DNA of 64,000 nucleotides from NCBI GenBank assembly GCA_963781595.1, contig CAWAGG010000006.1, positions 2,626,923-2,690,922 on the forward strand, written 5' to 3'. Source of the DNA: an uncultured Actinomycetota bacterium (lineage in GTDB: Bacteria > Actinomycetota > UBA4738). This document shows, in pieces, positions 44,838 to 54,291 of this stretch. The notes beneath the pieces were generated by a model. It searched no databases and was not told the DNA's origin. It was given only the letters and a program-made list of their open reading frames with translations. Position numbers and translations under genes: made by a program. The number at the start of each line of letters is the position of its first letter. Positions within the stretch are counted from its first letter, which is position 1.

Positions 44838-45670
44838 TCAGTGGCACGCGGCGAGCGTTCGCGCGTAGAACCTCGCGTAGTCCGAGAGGTGGTCGCGCCA
44901 GTACCCCGTGTCGTGCCCGCCCGGCCACGTGTGGAACGTGACCTGGCCACCGGCCCGCCGCAGGTACGTCGCGATCTGCCCGTCGTTCGGACGGAACCCG
45001 TCCGAGCTCCCCACGTCGATCCACACGGGGGTGTCGCCGTACGGATGCGCGGCCGTCCTCGCGTAGCCGAAGACGTCGTGACGGGAGACGTCCGCCGCGT
45101 CGTCGAACGCCACCGGGTTCGTCCGCCCCGCGCTCGGCCACACGGCGGCCGAGTGCGCCCCGATCGCGCAGAAGCGTCCGGGCCACAGGCGCGCCACGTC
45201 GAGCGCCCCGAAGCCGCCCATCGACACGCCACCGATCGCGACGCGCCGGGGATCGGCGTGGAGCAGCCGCGCGGCCCGCGGGATCAGCTCGCGGACGAGC
45301 GAGGTGCCCCAGCGGCCCGAGGCCCGGTCGTGCCAGTAGCTGTCCGAGCCGCCGTTCGCCAGAACGATCGCCGGTGCGTCGGCGCCGCGTCCTCGATCAT
45401 CGTGATGCCCGCGTTGACCCCGCTCTCCGGCGTGCCGTTGCGGCCGTGGAGGAAGACCAGGAGCGCGGGCGGCCGGCCGGACCGAGCCCCGGGCGGCACG
45501 AGCCCGACCTCCGGGAGGTCGCGGCCCACCAGCGAACTGTGCAGGACGAACCGTACGATCGTGATGCCCGCCGACGATGCCCGGACGTCTGCCGACGGCC
45601 CCCCGCACGCCGCCAGCGGGATCGCGATCAGCATCGCCGACGCGGCCGCGAGGACCGACCGGAGGCTCAC
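44838..45670 (-). pseudogene. Esterase-family alpha/beta hydrolase lipoprotein, frameshifted
   Basis: The N-terminal frame (GTG 45670, GTGA overlap with the upstream stop) gives VSLRSVLAAASAMLIAIPLAACGG...LLVFLHGRNGTPESGVNAGITMIEDAA. The rest (DAPAIVLANGGSDSYWHD...AIGGVSMGGFGA...) is in another frame from about 45380. The span is 833 nt (3n+2). Confidence 0.75.
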
Positions 45671-46221
45671 GCGTCGATCAGCCGGACCGACGGGAGCTCG
45701 AGGCCCGCGGGCGGCCACGCCGTTCGGTCGATCGCATGGTACACCTGCCGAGCTCCGTAGAACTCGACCTCCCCCTGGAACGCCATGCCGCAGCGCTCCA
45801 TCACCGCGCGGGACCGCACGTTGTCGGGCTTCGTCATGCTGAAGATGCGCTCGAGGCCGGCGCGTTCGAAGCCGAACCAGAGGCTCGCCTTCGCCCCCTC
45901 GGTCGCGTAGCCGTGCCCCCAAGCCGAACGCTGGAGCGTCCAGCCGACCTCCACCTTGTGCTCGTCGACCGGCCAGTCGGGGTGGAACATCAGGCCGACG
46001 CGGCCGATCAGCTCGCCCGTCTCCCTGACCACGGTCGCGAACATGCCGTAGCCCAGGATCTCCCACCGCGCGCTCATCCGCCCCACGCTGAACGCCGTTG
46101 TCGCGAGGTCGGCAGGCTCCGCGTCGAGCCAGCGCATCACCTCCGGGTCGCCGTAGGCGCGGTGCAGGTCGACCCAGTCGCCCGCGCGCCACTGGCGGAG
46201 CAGGAGCCGGTCGGTCTCCAT
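45667..46221 (-). CDS. GNAT N-acetyltransferase (RimJ/RimL-like)
   Basis: METDRLLLRQWRAGDWVDLHRAYGDPEVMRW...EVGWTLQRSAWGHGYATEGA...NVRSRAVMERCGM. Confidence 0.85.
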   Translation of the reverse strand: METDRLLLRQWRAGDWVDLHRAYGDPEVMRWLDAEPADLATTAFSVGRMSARWEILGYGMFATVVRETGELIGRVGLMFHPDWPVDEHKVEVGWTLQRSAWGHGYATEGAKASLWFGFERAGLERIFSMTKPDNVRSRAVMERCGMAFQGEVEFYGARQVYHAIDRTAWPPAGLELPSVRLIDA

Positions 46222-46229
46222 CGCGACGC

Positions 46230-47420
46230 TCACACCAGGAACGCCTTCGGCGGATCCGCCATCGTCAGGATCGGGCGATCGACCCGGAAGGCGTCGAGGT
46301 CGCCCGCCGCCCGGCCACCGACGGCAAGGTCCGCCAGCGTCCGGCCGAACCACGACGCGAACTTGAACCCGTGCGCTGCGCCGAGCGCGACCAGCGCGTT
46401 CGGATGCGCGGGGACGCGGTCCACGACGAAGTCCCGGTCGGGCGTCATCGTGTACAGGCAGCTCTTCACCAGCAGCGGCGGCCCCGAGGCGTCCGGCAGG
46501 TGCCGTTCGACGAACCTCGTCACCCGCTCGTATGCGGGGGGGTCGACGTCGAACGTCCGCGTGTCGGCCGTGACCTCCCGGCCCCCCACGTCCTGCGCGG
46601 CCTTCGGGCCGGGTTCGCCGAACGCCGGGAACCCGTAGAACGACGGGTCGTCCATCCAGATCCAGACCGGGAACCGCTCGGGCGCGAACGCGAGGCGGTC
46701 GCGAGCGTCGAAGTAGATCACCTGCTCCTGTGTAACGGTGAGCGGCAGGCGGAGGTCGAACCCGGCCACGATCTCGTTCGTCCACGCGTCGGCGGCGATC
46801 ACGACCGAGCCGCACCGGATGCGCCCGCCGTCGGTCACGACCCCGATCTCCCCGCCGACGTCGCGCACGTCGAGCACGCGGGTCCGGTCGCGAAGCGTCG
46901 CTCCGTGCATCACCGCCAGGCGCCGGTGGGCCGCGTTGCACGCCGACGCCGGCGCGATGCCCGTATCGGCTTGGTGCAGCACCCGCACCTCGTCGGTGAG
47001 CCCGCTCCACTGCGGCCACCGCCGCATCGCTTCGAACCCGTCGAGCACCTCGAACGGCACCCCGCACGCGCGCATGCTGTCCTCGTAGTCCGCGGACGGG
47101 ATCGCGCCGTCCGGGGGGAACAGGTCGATCCCGCCGGTCCGCACGATCAGCGGCTCGCCCAGGTCGGCTTCGACCTCCGCCCAGGCCTCGTACGCGGCCG
47201 CCGCGAGCCGAACGTACGCCCGCGTGTGGTACGAGCGCCGGATGATCCGCGAGTGGTCCTCGGACGCGCCGTTCGGGTGACCCAGCTCGAACCGCTCGAG
47301 CCCAAGCACGCGCCCGGCCCCCGGCGTGCGCGAGAGCCAGTAGGCGGCGGCGCTGCCGATCCCGCCCAGGCCGACGACGACGTGGTCGAACTCGCGCGGG
47401 GCGCTCACGCGGGCCCTCAC
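46230..47420 (-). CDS. Monomeric sarcosine oxidase / N-methyltryptophan oxidase family FAD enzyme
   Basis: FDHVVVGLGGIGSAAAYWL. Covalent-FAD Cys context VKSCLYTMTPDRDFVVD. Confidence 0.9.
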   Translation of the reverse strand: MRARVSAPREFDHVVVGLGGIGSAAAYWLSRTPGAGRVLGLERFELGHPNGASEDHSRIIRRSYHTRAYVRLAAAAYEAWAEVEADLGEPLIVRTGGIDLFPPDGAIPSADYEDSMRACGVPFEVLDGFEAMRRWPQWSGLTDEVRVLHQADTGIAPASACNAAHRRLAVMHGATLRDRTRVLDVRDVGGEIGVVTDGGRIRCGSVVIAADAWTNEIVAGFDLRLPLTVTQEQVIYFDARDRLAFAPERFPVWIWMDDPSFYGFPAFGEPGPKAAQDVGGREVTADTRTFDVDPPAYERVTRFVERHLPDASGPPLLVKSCLYTMTPDRDFVVDRVPAHPNALVALGAAHGFKFASWFGRTLADLAVGGRAAGDLDAFRVDRPILTMADPPKAFLV

Positions 47421-47427
47421 CCGGTCG

Positions 47428-48420
47428 TCACGCGGTCGCGTCGTGGCCGTAGTACTCGAACGCCGACATCGGCTTGCCCGTCGTGCTCCGCCACTCGCGC
47501 TCGGCGCCGGAGCGCTTCCCGAGGGCGGTCGCCATCGCCTTCACGTGCTCGGCGACCGCCCCGCAGCACGAGCCGATGTACGCGACCCCCGCCTCGCGCG
47601 CGTGCGCGGCGAACCGGGCCATCTCGTCGCGCGTCAGCTGCATCGGGTCGAGCCCGTACGGGAAGGCGTCGAACGCCGTGAAGTCCGGCACCTCGGCCGT
47701 CGTCCGGTAGGCGACCGGCTGCGCGGCGACGGAGCACGCGACCGCCGCCCGCATCGCCGCCGCGATCGGAAGGTGCTGTTCGGGCCCGTTCAGGCAGTTC
47801 ACGCCGACGATGTCCGCGCCCGCCGCATCCAACCGGAGCGCGCACTCCGCCGGCGACAGCCCCTCGTAGGACAGGGGCTCCGGCTGTTCGAAGCACATCG
47901 TCGCCATCACGGGCAGCTCCGTGCGCTTCGCGCGTTCGACGAACAACAACGCCTCGCCGAGGTAGGAGAAGGTCTCGCCGATCCAGAAGTCCGGCGGCCC
48001 GGCCGCGAGCTGGTCGCCCAGCTGGCGGTCGAACAGCTTCCGCACGCGGTCGGCGCTGGCGGCGTCGTCCGGCTCGTACGCCCATGTGAGCGAGAGGTTC
48101 CCGGCGACCAGCGCGTCGCCCTCGGATGCGACCTTGCGCGCGACCTGCACGGCGGTTCGGTTGATGTCGTCGACCCGATCGGCCAGCCCGACCGTCGCGA
48201 GCTTGTCGTCGCTCGCGTAGAACGTCATCGTCTGGAGGACCTCGGCGCCCGCCAGCAGGAACTCGCGGTGGAGCTGCGCGAGCGCGTCTGGATGTTCGAT
48301 CACGACCTCGGGCGTGAACGGCCCGGCCTGGACGTACCCTCGCTTCTCCAGTTCCAGGAGGTACCCGCCGTCGCCCAGCACCGGGCCCTCGGCCAGGCGT
48401 TCCAGGATCCCCTTCGTCAT
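47428..48420 (-). CDS. Homocysteine S-methyltransferase domain protein (betaine-homocysteine methyltransferase-like)
   Basis: VLGDGGYLLELEKRGYVQAGPFTPE...; Zn-ligand contexts GVNCLNGP and IGSCCG. Confidence 0.9.
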   Translation of the reverse strand: MTKGILERLAEGPVLGDGGYLLELEKRGYVQAGPFTPEVVIEHPDALAQLHREFLLAGAEVLQTMTFYASDDKLATVGLADRVDDINRTAVQVARKVASEGDALVAGNLSLTWAYEPDDAASADRVRKLFDRQLGDQLAAGPPDFWIGETFSYLGEALLFVERAKRTELPVMATMCFEQPEPLSYEGLSPAECALRLDAAGADIVGVNCLNGPEQHLPIAAAMRAAVACSVAAQPVAYRTTAEVPDFTAFDAFPYGLDPMQLTRDEMARFAAHAREAGVAYIGSCCGAVAEHVKAMATALGKRSGAEREWRSTTGKPMSAFEYYGHDATA

Positions 48421-48453
48421 CGCATGCGGCTCCTTCGCGTGGGAGCCGCCATC

Positions 48454-50484
48454 CTACTGATGGTCGCGCGGGACCTTCTCGTGCCACTCGCGCTCGCGGA
48501 TCACTTGGCCGTTCAGCCACAGCTCCCGGCGGTACCGGTACTCGAAGTCCGTCTCGTCGCTCCCGATGTCCAGGACGCCGAACCACCGGATCACGCGCGT
48601 TCCGGTTCGCACGATCGTCTCCGATTCGCCGTGGCACGAGGCGGTCGCGGGGTCCTCCTCGCTCACCGTCCACTGGAGGCGTTCGGAGTAGCGCGCCGAA
48701 CCCCACGACGTGTGGACGCCGTACGCGCCGCCCCACGCCGCGGTCGCGACCCGCGTGGTCTCGCTCCGCGCATACGTGGGGCCCGTGACCGGCAACGTGC
48801 CGTGTGACTCCCAGTTCGGCGGGGCGACCGGCGGGCTCGCGGCCGGGAACATCGGAGGACGCTCGGTCGACGGCGGGACGACCGGCAGCCGCAGCACCGG
48901 ATCGTCGCGCTCGCCCAGGAACACGCGCGAGGTGCACGGGTACGGCGTCGGCCAGATCATCGGCCACATCGCGTTCGACAGGGCCAGCCGGATCCGGTGG
49001 CCGGGCTCGAACTCCCAGCCGGTCGAGTGCAGCGGGATCACGATCCGGTACCGGCGCCCGGGCTCCAGGTTCGCGGGATCGTCCTCACCGCCGACGATCG
49101 TGGCCGGACGCGCGCCGCCGCCCGTCACGAGCGTCACCGACCCGTCGGGCGCGACGTCGGAGAGGCGCGCGAACCAGTTCACCAGCGGGGCGTCGACGTC
49201 GAACACGAACTCGACGACCGGCCACCCGATGATCTGCAGGCCGCGCTCGAGCGGGATCGTCTCGTAGACGAGCGAGTTCGCGTCGAGCCCGCGCTGCTCG
49301 GGCCAGACCTCACCCCACCACAGGCCAGACGGGGCGCCGCCGGACGGCAGGTACCGCAGCGGGTGCACACCGTCCCCCCGCGCCTCTGCCCCGAGCGTTC
49401 CGTCCGCACGCAGGCGAAGGGTCGTGAGCTTCGAACCCTCGATCGGCCAGCTCCCCTCGGTGCGCCACCGGCCGGGGACCTCGAGGATGACCGGGTCCGG
49501 CGGGTACGAGCGCTGCACGTACAGCGAGAGCTTCGGCTCGGTTTCGATGCCGTTCTCATCGCCCTTCAGCCAGCGATCCCACCAGCGGACGACGTCCGCG
49601 CGCCATTCGATCTCCGGCCCGTACGTGGAGTCGTGCGGGAACGCGTGGTTCCACGGGCCCACGAGCGCGCGCACCGGCACCTGCGAGCACTCCGCCAGCA
49701 TGCGGAAGACGCTGTCGCGGTAGCCGTCGAACCAGCCGCCGATCAGGTAGCACGGCAGGTGAAGTCGCCGGTATCCCGGGCCGAGCGAGCCGCGCTGCCA
49801 GAACGGACCGTCGCGCTGCTCCTTCAGCCAGAGCAGCTTCCAGGGCGGCGCGTCGAACCGAGCCGCGAGCGTCGCGTCGTCGAGGTCGAACCCCGGCGCG
49901 CCGGAGCGCGCCATCTCCAGGTCGATCATGACGTCGTACTCGTCGACGTGGAACATCCCGTCGATGTAGTGGACGTCGTCGTGGAAGAGCAGGTCGGACG
50001 CGTCGACCGCGACGATCGCCTTCAGTGCCTCGGGCGTCTCGGGCCGCATCGCCATCTGGATCGAGTTGAACCCACCCCACGAGATGCCCCACATCCCGAT
50101 CGAGCCATTCGACCAGGGCTGCTCGGAGAGCCACCGGATCACCTCGTCACAGTCCAGGTGTTCGCCCTCCGTGTACTCGTGGGCCGGAGGGACGCCCTCG
50201 CTGCGTCCGGTCCCCCGGATGTCGACCTTCACGCACGCGTAGCCGGCCGCGGTCAGGTACGAGTAGAGGTCCCAGTCCCGTTCGTAGAGCCCGTCATCCT
50301 TCCGGTACGGCAGGTACTCGAGCAGGACCGGATAGCGATCGGTGGGCTCGGCGCCCTCCGGCCGGAAGAGGTTCGCGGCAAGCCGGACCCCGTCCGGCAT
50401 CTGGATCGAGACCTCGTCCATCCGCATGCCGGCATGGATCAGCGGTGGGAGCCAGCCCGGTTCGTTCCTCGGCCGCCGGCTCAT
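48454..50484 (-). CDS. CocE/NonD-family hydrolase (X-Pro dipeptidyl-peptidase S15 fold)
   Basis: PDGVRLAANLFRPEG...PVLLEYLPYRKDD...VDIRGTGRSEG...GMWGISWGGFNS. The ATG at 50484 overlaps the upstream stop (ATGA); a downstream Met start is possible. Confidence 0.85.
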   Translation of the reverse strand: MSRRPRNEPGWLPPLIHAGMRMDEVSIQMPDGVRLAANLFRPEGAEPTDRYPVLLEYLPYRKDDGLYERDWDLYSYLTAAGYACVKVDIRGTGRSEGVPPAHEYTEGEHLDCDEVIRWLSEQPWSNGSIGMWGISWGGFNSIQMAMRPETPEALKAIVAVDASDLLFHDDVHYIDGMFHVDEYDVMIDLEMARSGAPGFDLDDATLAARFDAPPWKLLWLKEQRDGPFWQRGSLGPGYRRLHLPCYLIGGWFDGYRDSVFRMLAECSQVPVRALVGPWNHAFPHDSTYGPEIEWRADVVRWWDRWLKGDENGIETEPKLSLYVQRSYPPDPVILEVPGRWRTEGSWPIEGSKLTTLRLRADGTLGAEARGDGVHPLRYLPSGGAPSGLWWGEVWPEQRGLDANSLVYETIPLERGLQIIGWPVVEFVFDVDAPLVNWFARLSDVAPDGSVTLVTGGGARPATIVGGEDDPANLEPGRRYRIVIPLHSTGWEFEPGHRIRLALSNAMWPMIWPTPYPCTSRVFLGERDDPVLRLPVVPPSTERPPMFPAASPPVAPPNWESHGTLPVTGPTYARSETTRVATAAWGGAYGVHTSWGSARYSERLQWTVSEEDPATASCHGESETIVRTGTRVIRWFGVLDIGSDETDFEYRYRRELWLNGQVIREREWHEKVPRDHQ

Positions 50485-52427
50485 AGCGCTCCCGTCGCCA
50501 TGTCGGCGAACGCCAGGATCGTGAGCGCCGTGTAGTCGTCGGCCGGCTCGACGCTCGGCCACGCCCGCACGTCGTCGAGGTACCGTCCCCCGTGGCCCGT
50601 GAACGCGCCGTACGGATCGGTCCCGTCGGGCGGGCAGTCGTTCGCGTTCCCCGGTACGCCGAGCCCCTTGAACTGCGACGGGTCGTTGGGCCCGTTCGGG
50701 ACGGCTCCCAGCAGGACCGGCGGTGAGCCGTCCAGCGAGCCGACCAGGTTCGCGATCTGGTGCTGCGGGCAGTACGGGAACGGCGAGCCGGCGCCGATCA
50801 CGAACGAGGTCCCCCACGCGTTCGCCCCGAGGGCGAACCTGACCTGCGCGCGCCCGAACGCCGCGTACGTCGGCGAGCCCGTGATCCGATCGACCTCGGC
50901 GGCGGTGGCGGCCAACCCGAACACGTGCGGCAGCACGTCGAACCCGTAGCCGAACCCGGGCCCGAACGGATCGTTCGCCGCCTGCTGCTCCGCGTCGTCG
51001 AGCTGCCGTTCCATGTCGTGCAGCAACTTGCCCTTCTTCACGTCGAGGCCCTTCGGGTCCCCCGCCGCCGTGATCGCGTCGTAGAGCTCCGCGTGCGCCA
51101 GCCCGCTCACGTCGTACAGGTTCAGGGAATCGCGGCCGGACGAACCCAGGTACTCCTTCGCCCAGTGCGCCGCGTCCGCCAGGTACGCCGATCCGTCGCC
51201 GCCGTCGTCCTCGACCGCGAGCGACAGCTCGGTCGCCCCCAGCTCGAGGTCGTCGCGCCATTGCGATTCCGGATAGAAGCCGTGCGGCGAGACGGTCACG
51301 AGCTGACCTTTCCACGTCGTCCCCGCCATGTCGAACACCTGCTCACCATCGGCCAGACACGTGTCCGCGTACGTTGGGTCGCTGGCACGGAACACCTGGG
51401 CACAGAGGCCGAACGCCGCCGCGAGCCGTCCGGCGAGGTTCGGGCTCACCTTCGAGCCGGGCGCGCCGGCACGGAACACCGGCCGGTTCCTGATGTAGCG
51501 GAACTTCGGGTTCGACCCGCCGTAGGTGTCGTCGGCTTCGGGGAGTCGCCACAGGTCGTGGTCGCCGCAGATCGACCCGCAGCCGTTCCCGTCCCCGATG
51601 CCGACCTGGTAGTAGAGCGTGCCCGTCGCGCCGTCCCACATGTCCCGGAGCCAGTCGACGCCGAACCGCCCCTCAGCGCCGAAGTCGGCGGCCGTCCCGG
51701 CGCCCAGCAGCGATGGGAAGTCGCGGGCGCCGACGAGCATGACCGCGTCCGTGTACGACGCCGTCTGGACGAACTTCACGTAATCGCCCGCGTCGAACCA
51801 CCCTCCGGAGGCGTCCACGGGCGAGCCGCCGGTCGGGGTCAGATCGCCCCTCAGCTCGCCGTGCTTGTACTTCGGCGGGAGGTACGCGGTCGCGTGCGCG
51901 TCGTTCAGGTGCGAGGGCTGGCGCTCCAGGACCGATCCGATCACGTTCGGGCCGTCGCGCTGGGCCTCGTAGAACTGCCGGGCGTTCGCCAACAGGCCCG
52001 CGTAGAGCGACCCCGGTTTGGCGATCCTGAACGCCGGCGACACTGCGACGGCCGGCCCGCTCACGTGGATCGTGTACGTGCCGGCCTTCGTCACCGAACC
52101 GATGTCGAGGCCGTAGACGAACGGGTACGTCGCGTTCCAGGAGCCGCGGTTCGAACCGAGCGATCCCGACAGGACCGTATGACCGCCGCCGTCGACCAGC
52201 GCGAACGTCCCGCCCGTCTCGGCGATCGAGGACAGGACGAACGCCTCCTTGGTTGCGGCGGCCTTCGCGTACCCGACCAGGTTCACCCGGACGAACGCCT
52301 GCGGCGCGGTCGCTCGGGAAGGCATCCGTCCGGCGCCCGCCGGGGCGGCGGACACGCCGGCGACCAGCGCAACGACTACAACGGCGACCGCCGGCCCGCG
52401 GCGCGACCTCGCCGGTCCGTCCAGCAT
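50481..52427 (-). CDS. Glycoside hydrolase family 9 endoglucanase with an N-terminal Ig-like (CelD_N) domain
   Basis: Signal MLDGPARSRRGPAVAVVVVALVAGVSAAPAGA. VNLVGYAKAA...TYTIHVSG, then the GH9 motif DASGGWFDAGDYVKF. Start at ATG 52427, just after the mshC stop. Confidence 0.9.
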   Translation of the reverse strand: MLDGPARSRRGPAVAVVVVALVAGVSAAPAGAGRMPSRATAPQAFVRVNLVGYAKAAATKEAFVLSSIAETGGTFALVDGGGHTVLSGSLGSNRGSWNATYPFVYGLDIGSVTKAGTYTIHVSGPAVAVSPAFRIAKPGSLYAGLLANARQFYEAQRDGPNVIGSVLERQPSHLNDAHATAYLPPKYKHGELRGDLTPTGGSPVDASGGWFDAGDYVKFVQTASYTDAVMLVGARDFPSLLGAGTAADFGAEGRFGVDWLRDMWDGATGTLYYQVGIGDGNGCGSICGDHDLWRLPEADDTYGGSNPKFRYIRNRPVFRAGAPGSKVSPNLAGRLAAAFGLCAQVFRASDPTYADTCLADGEQVFDMAGTTWKGQLVTVSPHGFYPESQWRDDLELGATELSLAVEDDGGDGSAYLADAAHWAKEYLGSSGRDSLNLYDVSGLAHAELYDAITAAGDPKGLDVKKGKLLHDMERQLDDAEQQAANDPFGPGFGYGFDVLPHVFGLAATAAEVDRITGSPTYAAFGRAQVRFALGANAWGTSFVIGAGSPFPYCPQHQIANLVGSLDGSPPVLLGAVPNGPNDPSQFKGLGVPGNANDCPPDGTDPYGAFTGHGGRYLDDVRAWPSVEPADDYTALTILAFADMATGAL

Positions 52428-52429
52428 CG

Positions 52430-53638
52430 TCAGCGCGCGAGCCCGAGTATCGAGCGGCCCTCGTCGACCCACGCGCGGTCCACCGGGTCCTCGGAGGCGA
52501 CCGCACGGTCGAGGATCGTAAGCGCGGACGGCGTGTCCAGGTCGGCGTCGAGCGCCTGGAGGAACGACGCGCGGTCCGGGGGACCGTCGCCGGGGATCGG
52601 CCCCACGGCCGGCGGCATGCGCAGCTCGTCCTCGACGAACTCCCAGTCCTCGCGGTAGTGGTGGGACAGGAGCATCCGGCGGATCGCCTCGGGTTCGTGG
52701 CGCTCGAGCAGGTCGCGCACGAACGCCAGGTTCCCGAGCGACTTGCTCATCTTCGTCCCATCCATCCGAACCTCACCACTGTGCATCCACTGCCGGACGA
52801 ACCGCTCACCGGGGTGCGCGCACTCCGCCTGCGCCAACTCGGACTCGTGGTGCGGGTAGATCAGATCCGGCCCGCCTCCATGGATATCGACCGGCGAACC
52901 CAGCAGCTTGCGCGCCATCGTCGAGCATTCGATATGCCAGCCGGGTCGGCCGTCCCCCCACGGCGACGGCCATGACGGCTCGTCCGGCTTCGATCGCTGC
53001 CACAGGACGAAGTCGAGCGGGTCGTCCTTGTTCGGATCGTCGGGGAAGCCGCCCCGCTCGGCGGCGAGCGCGAGCATCTCGTCCCGCGACAGCGCCGAGA
53101 GCCGTCCGTACCCCGGGTCGGCGCTCACGCGGAAGTACACGGTTCCCTCGCGCTCGTACGAGCAACCCGAATCGTAAAGGAGCTTTACTTCCTCGACGAT
53201 CTCCGGGACGAACCGCGTCGCGCGCGGCACATGGGTCGGTGCGGCGATCCCGATCGCGGCCATGTCGCGTTCGAACGCCGCGACCTCCGTGTCGGCGAGC
53301 TCGAGGTAATCGACGCCCCGCTCCCGCGCGGTCCGCAGGATGTCGTCGTCCACGTCGGTGACGTTCTGGACGTGGGTGACATCTGCTCCCAGCCACCGCA
53401 AATAGCGGACCAGCACATCGAACTGGGCGTAGAGGAAGGCGTGGCCGATGTGCGCGGAGTCGTACGGCGTGATGCCGCACACGTACACGCTCATGCGTTC
53501 GCCGACGGTCAGTTCGGCGAGCGCACCGGTCCGTTCGTCGTACAGGCGCACGGTCCGCAGGATACCCGAGCGTCCGCGAACGGCATCGGGACGAGCGTGC
53601 GCCAGGATCCATGTCACACGGGATGGTCGGAGCGGCAT
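52430..53638 (-). CDS. mshC: Cysteine ligase of the CysRS family, most likely mycothiol ligase MshC
   Basis: YVCGITPYDSAHIGHAF (HIGH), KMSKSLGN, PSWPSPWGDGRPGWHIECS. At 402 aa it ends about 100 aa after KMSKS, too short to hold a CysRS anticodon-binding domain, as in MshC. Confidence 0.8.
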   Translation of the reverse strand: MPLRPSRVTWILAHARPDAVRGRSGILRTVRLYDERTGALAELTVGERMSVYVCGITPYDSAHIGHAFLYAQFDVLVRYLRWLGADVTHVQNVTDVDDDILRTARERGVDYLELADTEVAAFERDMAAIGIAAPTHVPRATRFVPEIVEEVKLLYDSGCSYEREGTVYFRVSADPGYGRLSALSRDEMLALAAERGGFPDDPNKDDPLDFVLWQRSKPDEPSWPSPWGDGRPGWHIECSTMARKLLGSPVDIHGGGPDLIYPHHESELAQAECAHPGERFVRQWMHSGEVRMDGTKMSKSLGNLAFVRDLLERHEPEAIRRMLLSHHYREDWEFVEDELRMPPAVGPIPGDGPPDRASFLQALDADLDTPSALTILDRAVASEDPVDRAWVDEGRSILGLAR

Positions 53639-53688
53639 AGTACGGGTGAGGTTCGGATCCGAGACGGGCGGAACCAGCGAGGAGGCAC

Positions 53689-54291
53689 ATGGACGATCGG
53701 TCCGACGACACGCTGGAGGACGCCGATCTCCTGGTGATCTCCGTCCGCCGACCCGAGGCGTTCGTCGCGTTCTACGAGCGACACGCCGAGGCGCTGCTGC
53801 GGTTCTTCGCACGCCGGACGATGGCGCCGGACGCCGCGGCCGAGCTCGTCGCGGAGACGTTCGCACAGACGTTCGCCTCACGCGGGAGGTTCAGCGCCCA
53901 GGGCGGCGACGCGGGTGCATGGCTGTACGGGATCGCCCGCCACCAGCTGTCGCGGTACTTCCGCCTCGGGGCCGTCGACGCGCGGGCACGCCGGCGCCTC
54001 GGCTTGCCGGAGCGGGAGGCGTCCTCGGAGGACGTCGAACGGATCGAACGGCTCGCGGACCTCCCGCGGCTGCGGGCGACCGTCACGGAGGCGCTGGAGA
54101 CGGTGCCCGAAGGCGAGCGACGGGCCGTGTCGCTCCGGGTGATCGACGAACGGACCTACGCGGAGGTCGCGGCCGAGCTCGGGTGCTCCGAGCAGGCCGC
54201 CAGGGCGCGCGTCAGCCGAGGCCTGCGACGCCTCGGGCGCGTGCTCGAGCCCGAGCGCGAGGCGCTCCTGGACGGAGGGTGGGTCGGATGA
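53689..54291 (+). CDS. ECF-type RNA polymerase sigma factor
   Basis: PEAFVAFYERHAEALLRFFARR...AWLYGIARHQL...; region 4 ERRAVSLRVIDERTYAEVAAELGCSEQAARARVSRGLRRL. Confidence 0.85.
   Translation: MDDRSDDTLEDADLLVISVRRPEAFVAFYERHAEALLRFFARRTMAPDAAAELVAETFAQTFASRGRFSAQGGDAGAWLYGIARHQLSRYFRLGAVDARARRRLGLPEREASSEDVERIERLADLPRLRATVTEALETVPEGERRAVSLRVIDERTYAEVAAELGCSEQAARARVSRGLRRLGRVLEPEREALLDGGWVG

Noticed and set aside
52430-53881. Calling this gene cysS (cysteinyl-tRNA synthetase), and using the full 483-codon ORF
   Set aside because: The N-terminal 81 codons are Arg-rich and precede the conserved start. The trimmed 402-aa protein ends about 100 aa after KMSKS, too short to hold a CysRS anticodon-binding domain. 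Its tail resembles MshC, so MshC is preferred. A phylogeny would settle it.
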